From positions 1,419-65,418 of the forward strand of contig JAOPZB010000090.1 of assembly GCA_025964355.1 (NCBI GenBank): DNA of 64,000 bases, given 5' to 3'. A program made the translations under genes and the position numbers. A model generated the notes under the pieces. It worked only from the letters and a program-made list of their open reading frames with translations. It ran no database searches and was not told the origin of the DNA. The first letter of the stretch is position 1, and every line of letters begins with the position of its first letter. Source of the stretch: Solirubrobacterales bacterium. Its GTDB lineage: Bacteria; Actinomycetota; Thermoleophilia; Solirubrobacterales; Solirubrobacteraceae. Positions 47,410 to 57,345 of this stretch are shown here, piece by piece.

Positions 47410-49665
47410 TCAGGCTCGCCCGTCGGGGCTCGACAGCCGCGCACCGATCAGGGCGATGTCGTCCCGAAGGCGATGATCGGCTCGCCGGGAGGCGATCTGC
47501 ACGACATGCTCGAGCAGCCCGCCGAGCGTCAGCTTCGGCCCCTCTCTGACCAGCTCGAACAGCCCGTGCTCCCCGAGCTGCTGGCCGGATGCGCCCGCCT
47601 CGACGACGCCGTCGGTGTAAAGGAGCAGCGTCTCTCCGGGGTAGAGCTCGGCCTCGGTCTCGCTGAGGTCGAGCGGATCGAGCACTCCCAGCAGCGTGCC
47701 AGGCCGTCCGACCTGCTTGGGCTCGCCGCTCGCATCGATGATCAGCGGAGGTGGATGGCCCGCCAGCACCACCTTCAGTCGTGCCCGCTCGGAGGAAGGC
47801 TCGACGCTGACCAGGCACACGGTGCAGAGGTCCGCCCCGAGCGGCTGGCGGCGAAGCGCGTCGTGAAGCACGGCGAGCATGCCCGAAGGAGACTGGCCGA
47901 GCATTGCGGCCGTGCGCAGCGTGTGCCGAGCCAGCGCAGTGACTCCCGCGGCCCGCGGTCCCTTGCCGCAGACGTCGCCGATCACGAGTATCCAGCGGCC
48001 CTCGCCGTAGGCGAAGACGTCGTAGAAATCGCCGCCGACGTCGTTGAGCTCGCCGGCCGCGTTGTAGAGGGCCTGCAGCGCAAGCCCGGGGATCTCCGGC
48101 AGCGACTCCGGCAAAAGCGCCGCCTGGAGAATGTCCGCGATGCGCATGCGCTCGGTGTAGAGGCGCGCGCTTTCAACCGCCGTCCCGGCACGCCGGCCCA
48201 GCCGCACGGCGAGTCCGAGGTCCGCCTCGGTAAGCCGCCGGCCCGACTCCGCGCTGACGAGGGTGATTGCGCCCAGCGTCCTCGCCGGGGCAGCCAGCGG
48301 AACGATGATCACAGCCGTTGCGCCGATCGCGCTCAGCAGCCTGAGATGCTCGTCGTCGCGGGCGTATGCGGCGAGGGCCTCCGGCCTGATATCGGTCACG
48401 ATCCGGGCCTGCCCGGTGCGGATCACGTCGGGCACACCCGAGTGCTCGTCAAGGGCCGGCCTGTAGTCGCGGTTCAGATGCTCGGCCAGCGCGAGCTTGT
48501 CGGGGTCGCTGTGGTGCACCGCCACGCGTTCGAGCTCGCCGTGCTCGTCGATGACGTCCACCGCGCACCAGTCGGCGATCTGCGGCACGGCGAGTGCGGC
48601 GATGCGCTGGAGCGTCTCGGCGTAATCCATCGAGGAGGCGAGCACGCGGCTGGCCTCCGCCATGAAGCTTTCCGCGAGCTGCACCCGCTTGACCTCGGTG
48701 ATGTTCTCCAGCACATTGACCGCGTAGAGCACCTGACCGGTCTGCGGGTCGCTGATCGGCGAGCTGCGGACGACGAGCCACCGCTCGTCTCCGGTCGCGC
48801 GAACGACGTTTCTGACGAGCAGCGGCTCCGGCAGCTCGCCGGCGAACAGGCGCCTGCCGGGCATGTCGTTGGAGTCCAGCTCGACGCCGTGCTCGTCGCA
48901 GATCAGAAAGCGCGACATGACCTCGCCCGGTCGGGACGCCGTCAGCTCGCCGGCCGAGGCCAGCCCCAGCAGATCGGCGGCGGCGCGGTTGGCGAAGATC
49001 GTGTTTCCCTCCTCGTCCTCGACGGTGATCGCCTCCGCGAGGTTCGCGAGAATCGCCTCCAGGCGCCGCTCCACGGCACGCAGGTCCGAGAACAGGCTCG
49101 CGTTGTCGATCGCGAGGGCGGCGCGTCTGGCGAGCTCACCGCCGAGCTCCAGCTCTTCGTTGCCGTAGGGCTCGCAATCGCCGAGTCGCAGCAGCGAGAG
49201 GGTGCCCAGCGTGCGCCCGCGCGCGAGCAGCGGCGCGACGACGGCCGAACGGTAGTCGTTGTCGATCATGAAATCCGCGTGCGCTGCGCTCTGGGCGAAG
49301 CCCTTGAGCCTCGCGCTGCTCATCTTGGCAAGCAGCTCCGATTCGCCACTGCGGATCACGCGGGCGACCGGGTGATTGCCGTCAGGGTCGACCGGGTGAC
49401 GCCGGCGCAGCTCCCCGAGGCCGTGCGCGATGCGCTCATCGTCAGCCGCAACGGCGACCTTCCTGATCGATCCGTCGTCGTCGAGCAGGTCGATGACGCA
49501 GAGATCCGCCAGCCGCGGAACCGTAAGCCTGGCGACCTGCCCGATCGTGGTCGTCACGTCGAGAGACGTCGCGAGCACCGCGCCGGCCTCGAGCAGCAGC
49601 TCGATGGCGACATCGCCGCTCGGGTGCTGGGGGTGGGTGATCAGATCCTCGCGGCTTTGCGCCAT
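47410..49665 (-). CDS. GAF-PAS-GAF-SpoIIE (PP2C, RsbU/P-like) phosphatase
   Basis: Two GAF repeats (VPRLADLC, VPQIADWC), PAS (FANRAA), PP2C motifs GGDFYD, GDVCGKG, AGHPPP, YTDG, DDIA. Confidence 0.92.
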   Translation of the reverse strand: MAQSREDLITHPQHPSGDVAIELLLEAGAVLATSLDVTTTIGQVARLTVPRLADLCVIDLLDDDGSIRKVAVAADDERIAHGLGELRRRHPVDPDGNHPVARVIRSGESELLAKMSSARLKGFAQSAAHADFMIDNDYRSAVVAPLLARGRTLGTLSLLRLGDCEPYGNEELELGGELARRAALAIDNASLFSDLRAVERRLEAILANLAEAITVEDEEGNTIFANRAAADLLGLASAGELTASRPGEVMSRFLICDEHGVELDSNDMPGRRLFAGELPEPLLVRNVVRATGDERWLVVRSSPISDPQTGQVLYAVNVLENITEVKRVQLAESFMAEASRVLASSMDYAETLQRIAALAVPQIADWCAVDVIDEHGELERVAVHHSDPDKLALAEHLNRDYRPALDEHSGVPDVIRTGQARIVTDIRPEALAAYARDDEHLRLLSAIGATAVIIVPLAAPARTLGAITLVSAESGRRLTEADLGLAVRLGRRAGTAVESARLYTERMRIADILQAALLPESLPEIPGLALQALYNAAGELNDVGGDFYDVFAYGEGRWILVIGDVCGKGPRAAGVTALARHTLRTAAMLGQSPSGMLAVLHDALRRQPLGADLCTVCLVSVEPSSERARLKVVLAGHPPPLIIDASGEPKQVGRPGTLLGVLDPLDLSETEAELYPGETLLLYTDGVVEAGASGQQLGEHGLFELVREGPKLTLGGLLEHVVQIASRRADHRLRDDIALIGARLSSPDGRA

Positions 49666-49818
49666 TCCATGCTCTCCGGGCTGGTGCTCGCCGAAGTCAG
49701 TATCGCAACGTCACAGGCTGTGACTGCACACCGGATCGCGTCACAGCCGACCGGCGCTCGCGCGTGATGAAACGTCCCCTACTCGCCGCGAGCGGCGGTT
49801 TGCCTCCATGCATTCCCT

Positions 49819-49844
49819 GTACCCGACCGCCGGCTTTCAGAAAC
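49819..49844 (-). promoter_or_regulatory. SigB/SigF-type promoter of the PP2C gene
   Basis: GTTT-N16-GGGTAC. Confidence 0.65.
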
Positions 49845-49915
49845 GATCTGGGGCGGCCGCGCTTAGCACGAGCACGCCGGCATGCGCCGTCTTCAGGGCG
49901 CTCGCCCATCGCCCG

Positions 49916-50935
49916 TCATTCACCGTCGAGCAGATCCATGACCGCGCTCTCGATGCGCCTGCGCGTGCGCTGGTCGGCCATGTCCGGTCCGTCGGGCAGG
50001 CGCTCGATCAGCGGCGCGATCGTCCTGCCGGTCTGGAACCGGTCGATCACGCGGGGGTCGACGTAGGAGGCGCGACAGACGGCCGGCGTGTTGCCGAGAT
50101 AGGCGGCGACCGTCCGTATCGAATCGGTGACGGCGCGCTGGCGGGCGGCCGTGCTGTTTGCCTTCGGTGCGCGCGCCGCAAGCGCGACCGCGGCGAGGAC
50201 AGTTGCGTTCCAGGTCCTGAAGTCCTTCGCCGAGAAGTCCCCGCCGCACGCCGACTTGACGTAGGCGTTGACCTCCTCGGCATGCACCTCCCTCCAGCGG
50301 CGGCCGTCGCGATACGCCAGGAGGTTCTCGCCGCCGCCGCGCCGTCGCTTGAGCGCACCGAGCACCGCCATCACCTCCGGGTCGTCGATGGCCTGGACGC
50401 GCCGCTGTCCCGACTTCGCGGTGTAGTCAAAGACGGCCTGGCGCCCGTCGATCGAGACGTGACGCTTGCGGATCGTGGTCAGGCCGTAGGACTCGTTGCG
50501 CTCCGCGTAGTCCTCCGAGCCGATGCGAAAGAAGCCGAGGTCGAGCAGACGGACCGCGCACGCGAGCACCTCGGTGGCCGAGCGCTCATCTCCCTTGAGG
50601 TCGGAGCTCACCCGCCTGCGCAGGCGCGGCAGAGCTCGGGCGAAGGCGAGCATCGAGTCGAACTTCAGCCGGTCTCGATGGGCCCGCCATCGCTCGTGAT
50701 AGAGGTACTGCTTGCGACCCGCCGCATCGATGCCCGTCGCCTGCAGATGCCCGCGGGCATCCAGGCAGATCCACACTTGCCTCCATGCCGGCGGGATCGC
50801 CAGCTCGCCGATGCGTTGCAGCACCTCGGCGTCCCGCACCCTCTCCCCGGCGGGATCGAGATAGACGAAGCCCCTACCGCGCCCGCGTCGGGTGATCCCC
50901 GGAGCAGCGCAATCCGACCTCCTCAGCCTCGCCAT
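49916..50935 (-). CDS. Bacterial (poxvirus-like) DNA topoisomerase IB
   Basis: IPPAW, GRKQYLYH, FRIGS, AKSG, AKDFRTW, LGNTPAVCRASY. Confidence 0.93.
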   Translation of the reverse strand: MARLRRSDCAAPGITRRGRGRGFVYLDPAGERVRDAEVLQRIGELAIPPAWRQVWICLDARGHLQATGIDAAGRKQYLYHERWRAHRDRLKFDSMLAFARALPRLRRRVSSDLKGDERSATEVLACAVRLLDLGFFRIGSEDYAERNESYGLTTIRKRHVSIDGRQAVFDYTAKSGQRRVQAIDDPEVMAVLGALKRRRGGGENLLAYRDGRRWREVHAEEVNAYVKSACGGDFSAKDFRTWNATVLAAVALAARAPKANSTAARQRAVTDSIRTVAAYLGNTPAVCRASYVDPRVIDRFQTGRTIAPLIERLPDGPDMADQRTRRRIESAVMDLLDGE

Positions 50936-51099
50936 CGATTCCCCGCCGGGCCCTCAGATGGGGTAGCGGCGAGGTTGGTGGCGGACGCTGATCCAGTGAT
51001 CGGTCGTGAACTCCTCGAGCGCCCACCGACCGCCGAAGCGCCCCACCCCCAGTGCGGCGGGTTCGTCCGGCGGACCGGCGGCGCGCTGCGCGACGGTGC

Positions 51100-52032
51100 T
51101 CAACGAGATCTCGACCCAGCCGCCGGCGCGATAGTCCGGTACACGGCGATCACGTCCTCATCTCCATACTCCTGCGCGCTCTTCTGCAGACGCTCGTTGA
51201 CGGTCGCCAGGAGCGGCAGATCGAGGTCACGTGCCTGGGCCGCCTCCTCGATCAGTGAGGCGTCCTTCGCGGCCAGCGCCAGCCGGAACGACGGCTCGAA
51301 GTTGCCCGTGGCGATGGCCTTCGCCTTCACCCGTAGGTACGGGAGGTCGAGCGGGCCGCCCTCGACCGCGCTCAACAGCAGCGAGGGGTCGAGCCCGAGA
51401 CCCTCGGCAAGCGCGATCGCCTCGGCTCCGCCCTCGACGACCGCCAGCAGCCACGCGTTCGTGACGAGCTTCAGCCGCGTTCCCGAGCCGGCCTCGCCAA
51501 CCCACATCGTCCGCTGGCCGACCGCGTCGAAGACGGCATTGCAGCGCTCGTGGATCTCCTCGCCCTCCGGGCCGGAGGCCATCACCAGCAGCTTGCCTTC
51601 TTCAGCCGGCTGCCTGGTTCCCAGCACGGGCGCGTCCACGAACACGACCGCGTGCTCGCGCGCCAGCTCGGCGCAGCGCACCGTCGCCGCCTCGCCGATC
51701 GTGCTCATCTGAAGCCACAGCGCAGACGCGTCGGTGGCGGCGAGCGCCCCCCGCTCACCCGCCACCGCAGCGAGCACGGCCTCGCCATCGCTCAGCATCG
51801 TGAGCAGCATGGAGGAGCCCTCGGCCGCCTCGGCCGGGGTGTCGAGCACGACGGCGCCATCGTCTGCGAGCCCCTCCGCCTTCTCGCGCGTGCGATCCCA
51901 CGCGCGCACCGCGATGCCCGCGCGCAACAGGTTTCGCGCCATGGCAGCCCCCATCGTGCCGCCGGCACCGAGCACGGCTACCGTCTCGTCGCGCGCGAGA
52001 CGCCTTACTGTCTGAGGCTCCTGGCTGTCCAC
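51100..52032 (-). CDS. NAD(P)-dependent beta-hydroxyacid dehydrogenase family protein
   Basis: GAGGTMG, WDRT, MSTIG, DAPVLG, KLVTN, LAAKD. Confidence 0.9.
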   Translation of the reverse strand: MDSQEPQTVRRLARDETVAVLGAGGTMGAAMARNLLRAGIAVRAWDRTREKAEGLADDGAVVLDTPAEAAEGSSMLLTMLSDGEAVLAAVAGERGALAATDASALWLQMSTIGEAATVRCAELAREHAVVFVDAPVLGTRQPAEEGKLLVMASGPEGEEIHERCNAVFDAVGQRTMWVGEAGSGTRLKLVTNAWLLAVVEGGAEAIALAEGLGLDPSLLLSAVEGGPLDLPYLRVKAKAIATGNFEPSFRLALAAKDASLIEEAAQARDLDLPLLATVNERLQKSAQEYGDEDVIAVYRTIAPAAGSRSR

Positions 52033-52043
52033 CTGGCCAGTGA

Positions 52044-52128
52044 CTACCCACAGGCCCACGGATCAATCGCCTCGCCGAGAGGCCGCATCAACGCCGATCA
52101 CCTGCTTGATCGCCCATCGCGCGGGTAG
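52044..52128. promoter_or_regulatory. Back-to-back SigB/SigF-type promoters (dehydrogenase and HAD)
   Basis: Minus strand GATT-N15-GGGTAG (52044-52068); plus strand GCTT-N15-GGGTAG (52104-52128). Confidence 0.55.
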
Positions 52129-52227
52129 CAACGCACCACCATGGCAGCCGACAAGCGGCGCGCACCGGCGCGCAGGAACGTCGCTGACGAATCGCTCACG
52201 GCGATCCGCAGGGCGCGTTGAGCGACG

Positions 52228-52881
52228 ATGACCGCGGCCATCATCGACGTCGACGGCACGCTCGTCGATACCAACTACCAGCATGCGATCGCGTGGTATC
52301 GCGCCTTTCGGGAGTGCGATCAGGTGCTGCAGCTGTGGCGCATCCACCGTCACATCGGCATGGGCGGCGACCAGCTCGTGGCGGCCCTCACCGACGAGCG
52401 CTTTGAGCGTGAGCGCGGGGATGAGGTACGCGAGGCGGAGACGCGCCACTACATGAAGCTGATCGGAGAAGTGCAGCCCATGCACGGGGCTCGCGAACTG
52501 ATGGCCGAGCTTCGCCGGCGCCGGCACGCCGTCGTGCTGGCGAGCTCAGCCAAGCAGCAGGAGCTCGAGCACTACCTCGACCTGCTGCAAGCTCGTGAGC
52601 TCGCCGATGGCTGGACCAGCTCGGCGGACGTCGATGCCACCAAGCCCGAGCCCGATCTCGTCAACGCCGCGCTGCAGCGCGCCGGCGCCAGCCCTCGGGA
52701 GGCGGTGATGATCGGCGACTCGACATGGGACGTCGAGGCCGCGGCGAGAGCCGGCGTGGACACACTCGGGGTGATCACCGGCGGCTTCTGCGAGGACGAG
52801 CTGCGCGACGCCGGAGCCAAGGGCGTTTACGAGTCGGTGGCCGCTCTCTGCAGCGAGCTCGACGCGACGCCGCTGCGCTGA
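52228..52881 (+). CDS. HAD family hydrolase
   Basis: DVDGTLVD, ASS, KPEP, IGDSTWD. Confidence 0.92.
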   Translation: MTAAIIDVDGTLVDTNYQHAIAWYRAFRECDQVLQLWRIHRHIGMGGDQLVAALTDERFERERGDEVREAETRHYMKLIGEVQPMHGARELMAELRRRRHAVVLASSAKQQELEHYLDLLQARELADGWTSSADVDATKPEPDLVNAALQRAGASPREAVMIGDSTWDVEAAARAGVDTLGVITGGFCEDELRDAGAKGVYESVAALCSELDATPLR

Positions 52882-52930
52882 CCCGGCTCAGCGATTAGTC
52901 AAGAACTCGGAGCGCTGCTCACTGGTGACG

Positions 52931-53866
52931 CTAGCCGCCGAGCGCCTTGTGCACGCGCACGACCGTGCCGGCCGACGACGAGCGGATCTGGACGAGATCG
53001 CAGAGCTGGTTGGCGATCCAGACGCCGCGGCCGCCGTTGGCATCCGGCTTCGGGCGGATGCGGCCGACCAGCGGCGGTTCCATGCGGCCGCCATCCTGCA
53101 CCTCACACAGCAGGCTCTCACCCTCCCGCCACAGGCGCAGCGTGCCGCCACCGCCCCCGTAGCGGATGCTGTTCGTGGCCAGCTCGTTGACGGCGAGCAC
53201 CAGGTCCTCGCGGCCCTCCAAGGCGAGCGAATGCTCCTGCGCCCACGAGGCGACGAGGTGTCTCAGCCGGCCCAGGTCATCGGTTGAGAAGGCCAGCTTC
53301 GTCGCTTGCCTCGGGCGCGGGCCGAGCTCCCCCGCGAACGGCCGACGCGACTCCTCGGCACCCATGTACTGCTCGCTTGCGCGACTGATTCCGTCACACG
53401 CCAGGAGTGGGTGCGTCCGCCGCGCCGCCTCGATGACGTGATCGTCGAGACCGTCGAGGTCGTAGGGACAGAGCAGATGCCATCCAGGGCCGTCGTCGAA
53501 CGCCGCGTTCAGCAGAGACTCGTGGCGCCCGCACTCGTCGAGCTCTGGGGCGCTGCGTCCGGGCCACACCGGTTCGCCTATGCCCAGCATCGAGGCGCCT
53601 GCGTGCTCGCACAGGAACTCATGCCAAACGGGAATGATCTGGGCGGGATTGCGCCCGATGCGCTGCATCTCCGCGAAGCGAACGCCCTCGCCGCGCTCGC
53701 CGAGCGCTTGCCTCAGCGCGGATGTCCTGGCTGGTCCAACCGCCACGAGCACGGCCGCATCGGATGCGAGCGCCCGCTCGACGAGCGTGAGGGTTGAGTC
53801 GAGGAAGCCCTGGTCACCGTCGGCGTAGAAGAGCGCCTCGTGGCGGAAGCCGTCGTCTCCAGACAT
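52931..53866 (-). CDS. MEDS sensor + HATPase anti-sigma factor (RsbA/PrsR-like)
   Basis: FRHEALFY, GRNP, GEPVWPGRS, HESLLN, LCPYD, then AVNELATNS, DGG, GRGVW. Confidence 0.88.
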   Translation of the reverse strand: MSGDDGFRHEALFYADGDQGFLDSTLTLVERALASDAAVLVAVGPARTSALRQALGERGEGVRFAEMQRIGRNPAQIIPVWHEFLCEHAGASMLGIGEPVWPGRSAPELDECGRHESLLNAAFDDGPGWHLLCPYDLDGLDDHVIEAARRTHPLLACDGISRASEQYMGAEESRRPFAGELGPRPRQATKLAFSTDDLGRLRHLVASWAQEHSLALEGREDLVLAVNELATNSIRYGGGGGTLRLWREGESLLCEVQDGGRMEPPLVGRIRPKPDANGGRGVWIANQLCDLVQIRSSSAGTVVRVHKALGG

Positions 53867-53959
53867 CGCACCACCCCGCCACGGAGCCGCGAGCGCCGAG
53901 CACGACGTCGCCACCGTTTGAGCAGGGGCCCTAACGTCGTGCGATGGCACCGGGTGGTG

Positions 53960-54130
53960 TCACCAACGCCCGTACCACCGCCGCCGGCCTCCGCCCTCCA
54001 CGCCGCCGACGAAGAAGCCGATGAGCCACAGCAACACGGCGACGATGAGGATGTACCAGAGAACGTGCACCGCGAAGCCGAGTCCCCCGAAGATCGCCAA
54101 TATCAGGACGAGCGCGAGCAGAGCAACCAT
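53960..54130 (-). CDS. 56-aa hydrophobic membrane peptide
   Basis: MVALLALVLILAIFGGLGFAVHVLWYILIVAVLLWLIGFFVGGVEGGGRRRWYGRW*; RBS GAGGTG; below the ORF-track cutoff. Confidence 0.85.
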   Translation of the reverse strand: MVALLALVLILAIFGGLGFAVHVLWYILIVAVLLWLIGFFVGGVEGGGRRRWYGRW

Positions 54131-54194
54131 CTTCCACACCTCGCTTCATAGGGGTAACCGGGCAGCAACGGCGCTGCGCCGATGCTGGGAGTTA

Positions 54195-54269
54195 ATGCCC
54201 TGTTTGACCGCCCGGCAAACCTGAGCGCGCGCCGCGCAGGCGTCGTTTTCCGCCGCTATCGGCGGGTAG
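54195..54269. promoter_or_regulatory. Back-to-back SigB/SigF-type promoters (membrane peptide and pfpI)
   Basis: Minus strand GTTT-N16-GGGCAT (54195-54220); plus strand GTTT-N15-GGGTAG (54245-54269). Confidence 0.72.
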
Positions 54270-54300
54270 CCACGGTGCAAAGCGTCCGTAAGGAGGAACC

Positions 54301-54879
54301 ATGTCATCCGAGCTGAGTGGAAAGAGGGTCGCCTTCATCATGGCCCAGGAGGGCGTCGAGGAAGTTGAGCTGACGGAGCCCTGGAAGGCAGTCAAGGAGG
54401 CCGGAGGAACGCCGGAGCTGATCGCTCCGCAGGCGGGCGAGGTGCAGGCGTTCAACCATCTGGACAAGTCCTCGAAGTTCCCGGTCGACCGGTCTCTCGG
54501 TGAAGTGAGCCCGAGCGAATACGACGCCGTGGTGCTTCCAGGAGGGGTCGCCAACCCCGACGAGCTGCGACTCGACGAGCGGGCCGTTCACTTCCTACAG
54601 GAGTTCTTCTCCGAAGCCAAGCCGGTGGGCGTGATCTGCCACGGGGCGTGGACGCTCGTCGAGGGCGACCTCGTACGTGACAGGACGATCACGTCATGGC
54701 CATCTCTGAAAACCGACATCCGCAATGCAGGCGGCCGTTGGGTCGACGAGGAAGTCGTCGTCGACCAGGGCCTCGTTTCGAGTCGCAGGCCCGAAGACCT
54801 ACCGGCTTTCTGCGCGAAGATCGTCGAGGAGTTCCGCGAGGGCCGCCATCAGATGGCCGCGGCGGGCGCCACAGCCTGA
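54301..54879 (+). CDS. pfpI: PfpI/DJ-1 family deglycase/protease (general stress protein)
   Basis: GVEEVEL, LPGG, ICHG, SRRPEDL; RBS AAGGAGG. Confidence 0.92.
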   Translation: MSSELSGKRVAFIMAQEGVEEVELTEPWKAVKEAGGTPELIAPQAGEVQAFNHLDKSSKFPVDRSLGEVSPSEYDAVVLPGGVANPDELRLDERAVHFLQEFFSEAKPVGVICHGAWTLVEGDLVRDRTITSWPSLKTDIRNAGGRWVDEEVVVDQGLVSSRRPEDLPAFCAKIVEEFREGRHQMAAAGATA

Positions 54880-54894
54880 AAACGACGCTCGGTT

Positions 54895-56394
54895 TCAGAG
54901 AACCGGCGCCGGCTGGCCCGCGTCGCTGACGACGGCATCCGCTGCCGTCAGCGGCCGGGCCAGGCTCTCGAGGCTCATGCGCTCTGCCTTGACGCCGACG
55001 ACTAGCTCCGCGACGCCTCCGATGATCATCGCGATCGCTCCGATCAAAAAGCCGACGAACACGTGGCTTAACTTTCCGCTTTCGATCAGATGAGCGAACA
55101 GCAACGGTCCCACGATCCCGCCCACTCCGGTGCCGACGGCGTAGAACACGGCGATACACAGCGCCCGCGTCTCCAGCGGGAAGATCTCTGACACCGTCAG
55201 GTACGCCGCGCTCACGCCGGCCGAGGCGAAGAAGAAGACCGTCATCAAGGCGATGATGAAGCCGATCAGCGTGAAGTCGCCGTTTTTGAACAGGAAGGCT
55301 GTGATCAACAGCAGACCACCGGACAGCAGGTACGTCCCGGCGATCATCGGCTTGCGTCCGACCGTGTCGAACAGTCGCCCCAGCGTGAGCGGGCCGAGCA
55401 GGTTGCCCACCGCAAAGATCGCGATGTAGTACGGGACGTCGCCGCTCGCGACGCCGAAGAACGTCTTGAGCATGTAGCCGAGGCTGAACAGCACGGCGTT
55501 GTAGAGAAACGCCTGGCTGATGAACAGCGCCATCCCGAGCACCGTGCGCCTGGGGTACAGGGTGACGACCGACCGCACGATCAGGCTGAGTGGAATCGTC
55601 CGCCGCTGGCGCACCGTGATCTTCTCCTTCGGCTCCGGCAGCTCGCCGCCCACCTCCTGGCGCACTTCCTGCTCGATCTCGGCCACAACCCGCTCAGCGT
55701 CTTGCTCGCGTCCATGGATGAACAGCCAGCGTGGACTCTCGGGCACGTTGCGTCGGATCAGCAGCACGCCGAGGCCGAGCACTGCGCCGAGTGCGAAGCA
55801 CAGTCGCCAACCGATGTTCAGCGGGAAGATGCTCGTGTTGAGCGCCAGCACTGCGAGCAGCGATCCGCCGATGGCGCCGCCCCAGTAGCTGCCGTTGATC
55901 GAGATGTCCGCATGGCCGCGATGCTTCGCGGGGATGAGCTCATCGATCGCCGAGTTGATCGCGCTGTACTCGCCCCCGATGCCCAGTCCGGTGAGGAAGC
56001 GAAAGACGAAGAACCACAGCGACGAGAACGACAGCGCGGTCAAGACCGTCGCCAACAGGTACAGGCCGAGCGTCAGCATGAACAATCGCTTGCGCCCGAA
56101 GCGGTCGGTCAGCTGGCCGAATACGAGCGCCCCAACGCAGGCACCAGCCACGTAGAGCGACGCGGCCAGGCCGGACACGTCGCCGGCCGAGATGCCGACG
56201 CCGGCGCCTTTTTCGGACAGCCGTCCGGAGATGGCTCCGACAATCGTCACCTCGAGTCCATCGAGGATCCAGACGGTGCCGAGTCCGATGATCACCCTCC
56301 AGTGAAATCGCGACCACGGGAGACGATCCAGACGCGCTGGAATGTCGGTCTCAATCGTGCCGGTTTGCACGGCATCACTCGACGCAACTGCCAT
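54895..56394 (-). CDS. MFS transporter
   Basis: RLDRLPWS, LTDRFGRK, GGEYSAINSAIDE, PESPRW, DTVGRK, SEIFP. Start ATG 56394. Confidence 0.92.
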   Translation of the reverse strand: MAVASSDAVQTGTIETDIPARLDRLPWSRFHWRVIIGLGTVWILDGLEVTIVGAISGRLSEKGAGVGISAGDVSGLAASLYVAGACVGALVFGQLTDRFGRKRLFMLTLGLYLLATVLTALSFSSLWFFVFRFLTGLGIGGEYSAINSAIDELIPAKHRGHADISINGSYWGGAIGGSLLAVLALNTSIFPLNIGWRLCFALGAVLGLGVLLIRRNVPESPRWLFIHGREQDAERVVAEIEQEVRQEVGGELPEPKEKITVRQRRTIPLSLIVRSVVTLYPRRTVLGMALFISQAFLYNAVLFSLGYMLKTFFGVASGDVPYYIAIFAVGNLLGPLTLGRLFDTVGRKPMIAGTYLLSGGLLLITAFLFKNGDFTLIGFIIALMTVFFFASAGVSAAYLTVSEIFPLETRALCIAVFYAVGTGVGGIVGPLLFAHLIESGKLSHVFVGFLIGAIAMIIGGVAELVVGVKAERMSLESLARPLTAADAVVSDAGQPAPVL

Positions 56395-56516
56395 CAGACC
56401 ATCCTCCCTTCCCCTATTGATGCCGGCCGGCTGCGAGACCAGCCGGGGCACCTGCGCGGGCTTCTTAGGTTTTCGCTGACGGCCACCTGCATCGGTGGCG
56501 CCTCCTGGCCAAGTTA

Positions 56517-56625
56517 ATTCCCGCGCGAGCGCAGCCGGAAACGCGGGCTGACCCATCCTGTGTCGGGAGTCTGTTTAGAGCCCCCCAAAGAGGGCATGTT
56601 GTTTAGGCCCCCCCCAAGGGGGCAA
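56517..56625. promoter_or_regulatory. Three SigB/SigF-type boxes: one for the MFS gene (minus) and a tandem pair (plus)
   Basis: Minus strand GTTT-N16-GGGAAT (56517-56542); plus strand GTTT-N15-GGGCAT (56573-56597) and GTTT-N15-GGGCAA (56601-56625). Confidence 0.65.
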
Positions 56626-56637
56626 AGTGAACTCGCA

Positions 56638-56705
56638 GTGTCGCCCCCCCGGCGGGTGTCAGTCGCGTCCCCCGGCGGCTGCCACCGATTTAGGGGGGGC
56701 GACAC
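56638..56705. repeat. 13-bp perfect inverted repeat
   Basis: GTGTCGCCCCCCC (56638-50) ... GGGGGGGCGACAC (56693-705). Confidence 0.7.
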
Positions 56706-56806
56706 AAGCGGTGTGCCCGCCAGGCTCTCCCGAAGTCGGCGGCGTGCTTTGACCTCGTCACCGCGACATGCACCCTGCTCAGGACAGGCCACAGGAGGAT
56801 TTTGAG

Positions 56807-57343
56807 ATGGCCAACGCAACGGCCGGCGAGCGACACGACGGGTCCTTCGAGCAGAACCAACGGCCCCCCCACGAGGACTCCCGCGACGAAGGAATCGACG
56901 ACGAGCGTCCGCTCGCCTCCTACGCCGCGCTCAGCAGCACCTTCGTGGGCGCCTTCGGGGGCATGCTGATCGCGTCCCGCAAGCGATTGCCAGAGCGGTT
57001 CTCGACAGGTGATCTGGCGCTCATCGCGCTGGGCACCCACAAGTTGAGCCGCACGATCGCGCGCGAGCGAGTGACGCGCCCGCTGCGAGCGCCCTTCACC
57101 GAGGTGCAGCGCGAGGATCCTCCGCTCGAGCTGAGCGAGCGGGCCCGGGGCCGCGGGCTGCGAAGGGCGCTCGGCGAGCTGCTGTCGTGCCCCTACTGCC
57201 TGGACCAGTGGATTGCGGGAGCGTTCATCGGCGGCCTCGTGCTCGCTCCGCGCCCGACACGCGCGACCGCCGGCATGTTCGCCGTCGTGACGGGGTCCGA
57301 CTACCTGCAACATCTGCATCGTTGGGTCAGGGCCAGGGGATAG
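56807..57343 (+). CDS. DUF1360-like membrane protein
   Basis: THKLSR, PLRAPFT, LGELLSCPYCLDQW; RBS AGGAGG before ATG 56807. Confidence 0.8.
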   Translation: MANATAGERHDGSFEQNQRPPHEDSRDEGIDDERPLASYAALSSTFVGAFGGMLIASRKRLPERFSTGDLALIALGTHKLSRTIARERVTRPLRAPFTEVQREDPPLELSERARGRGLRRALGELLSCPYCLDQWIAGAFIGGLVLAPRPTRATAGMFAVVTGSDYLQHLHRWVRARG

Positions 57344-57345
57344 CG

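Noticed and set aside
47158-49767. 869-aa plus-strand ORF
   Set aside because: Antisense shadow of the GAF-PAS-PP2C gene.
49808-51712. 634-aa plus-strand ORF
   Set aside because: Antisense to topoisomerase IB and the dehydrogenase; no coherent domain.
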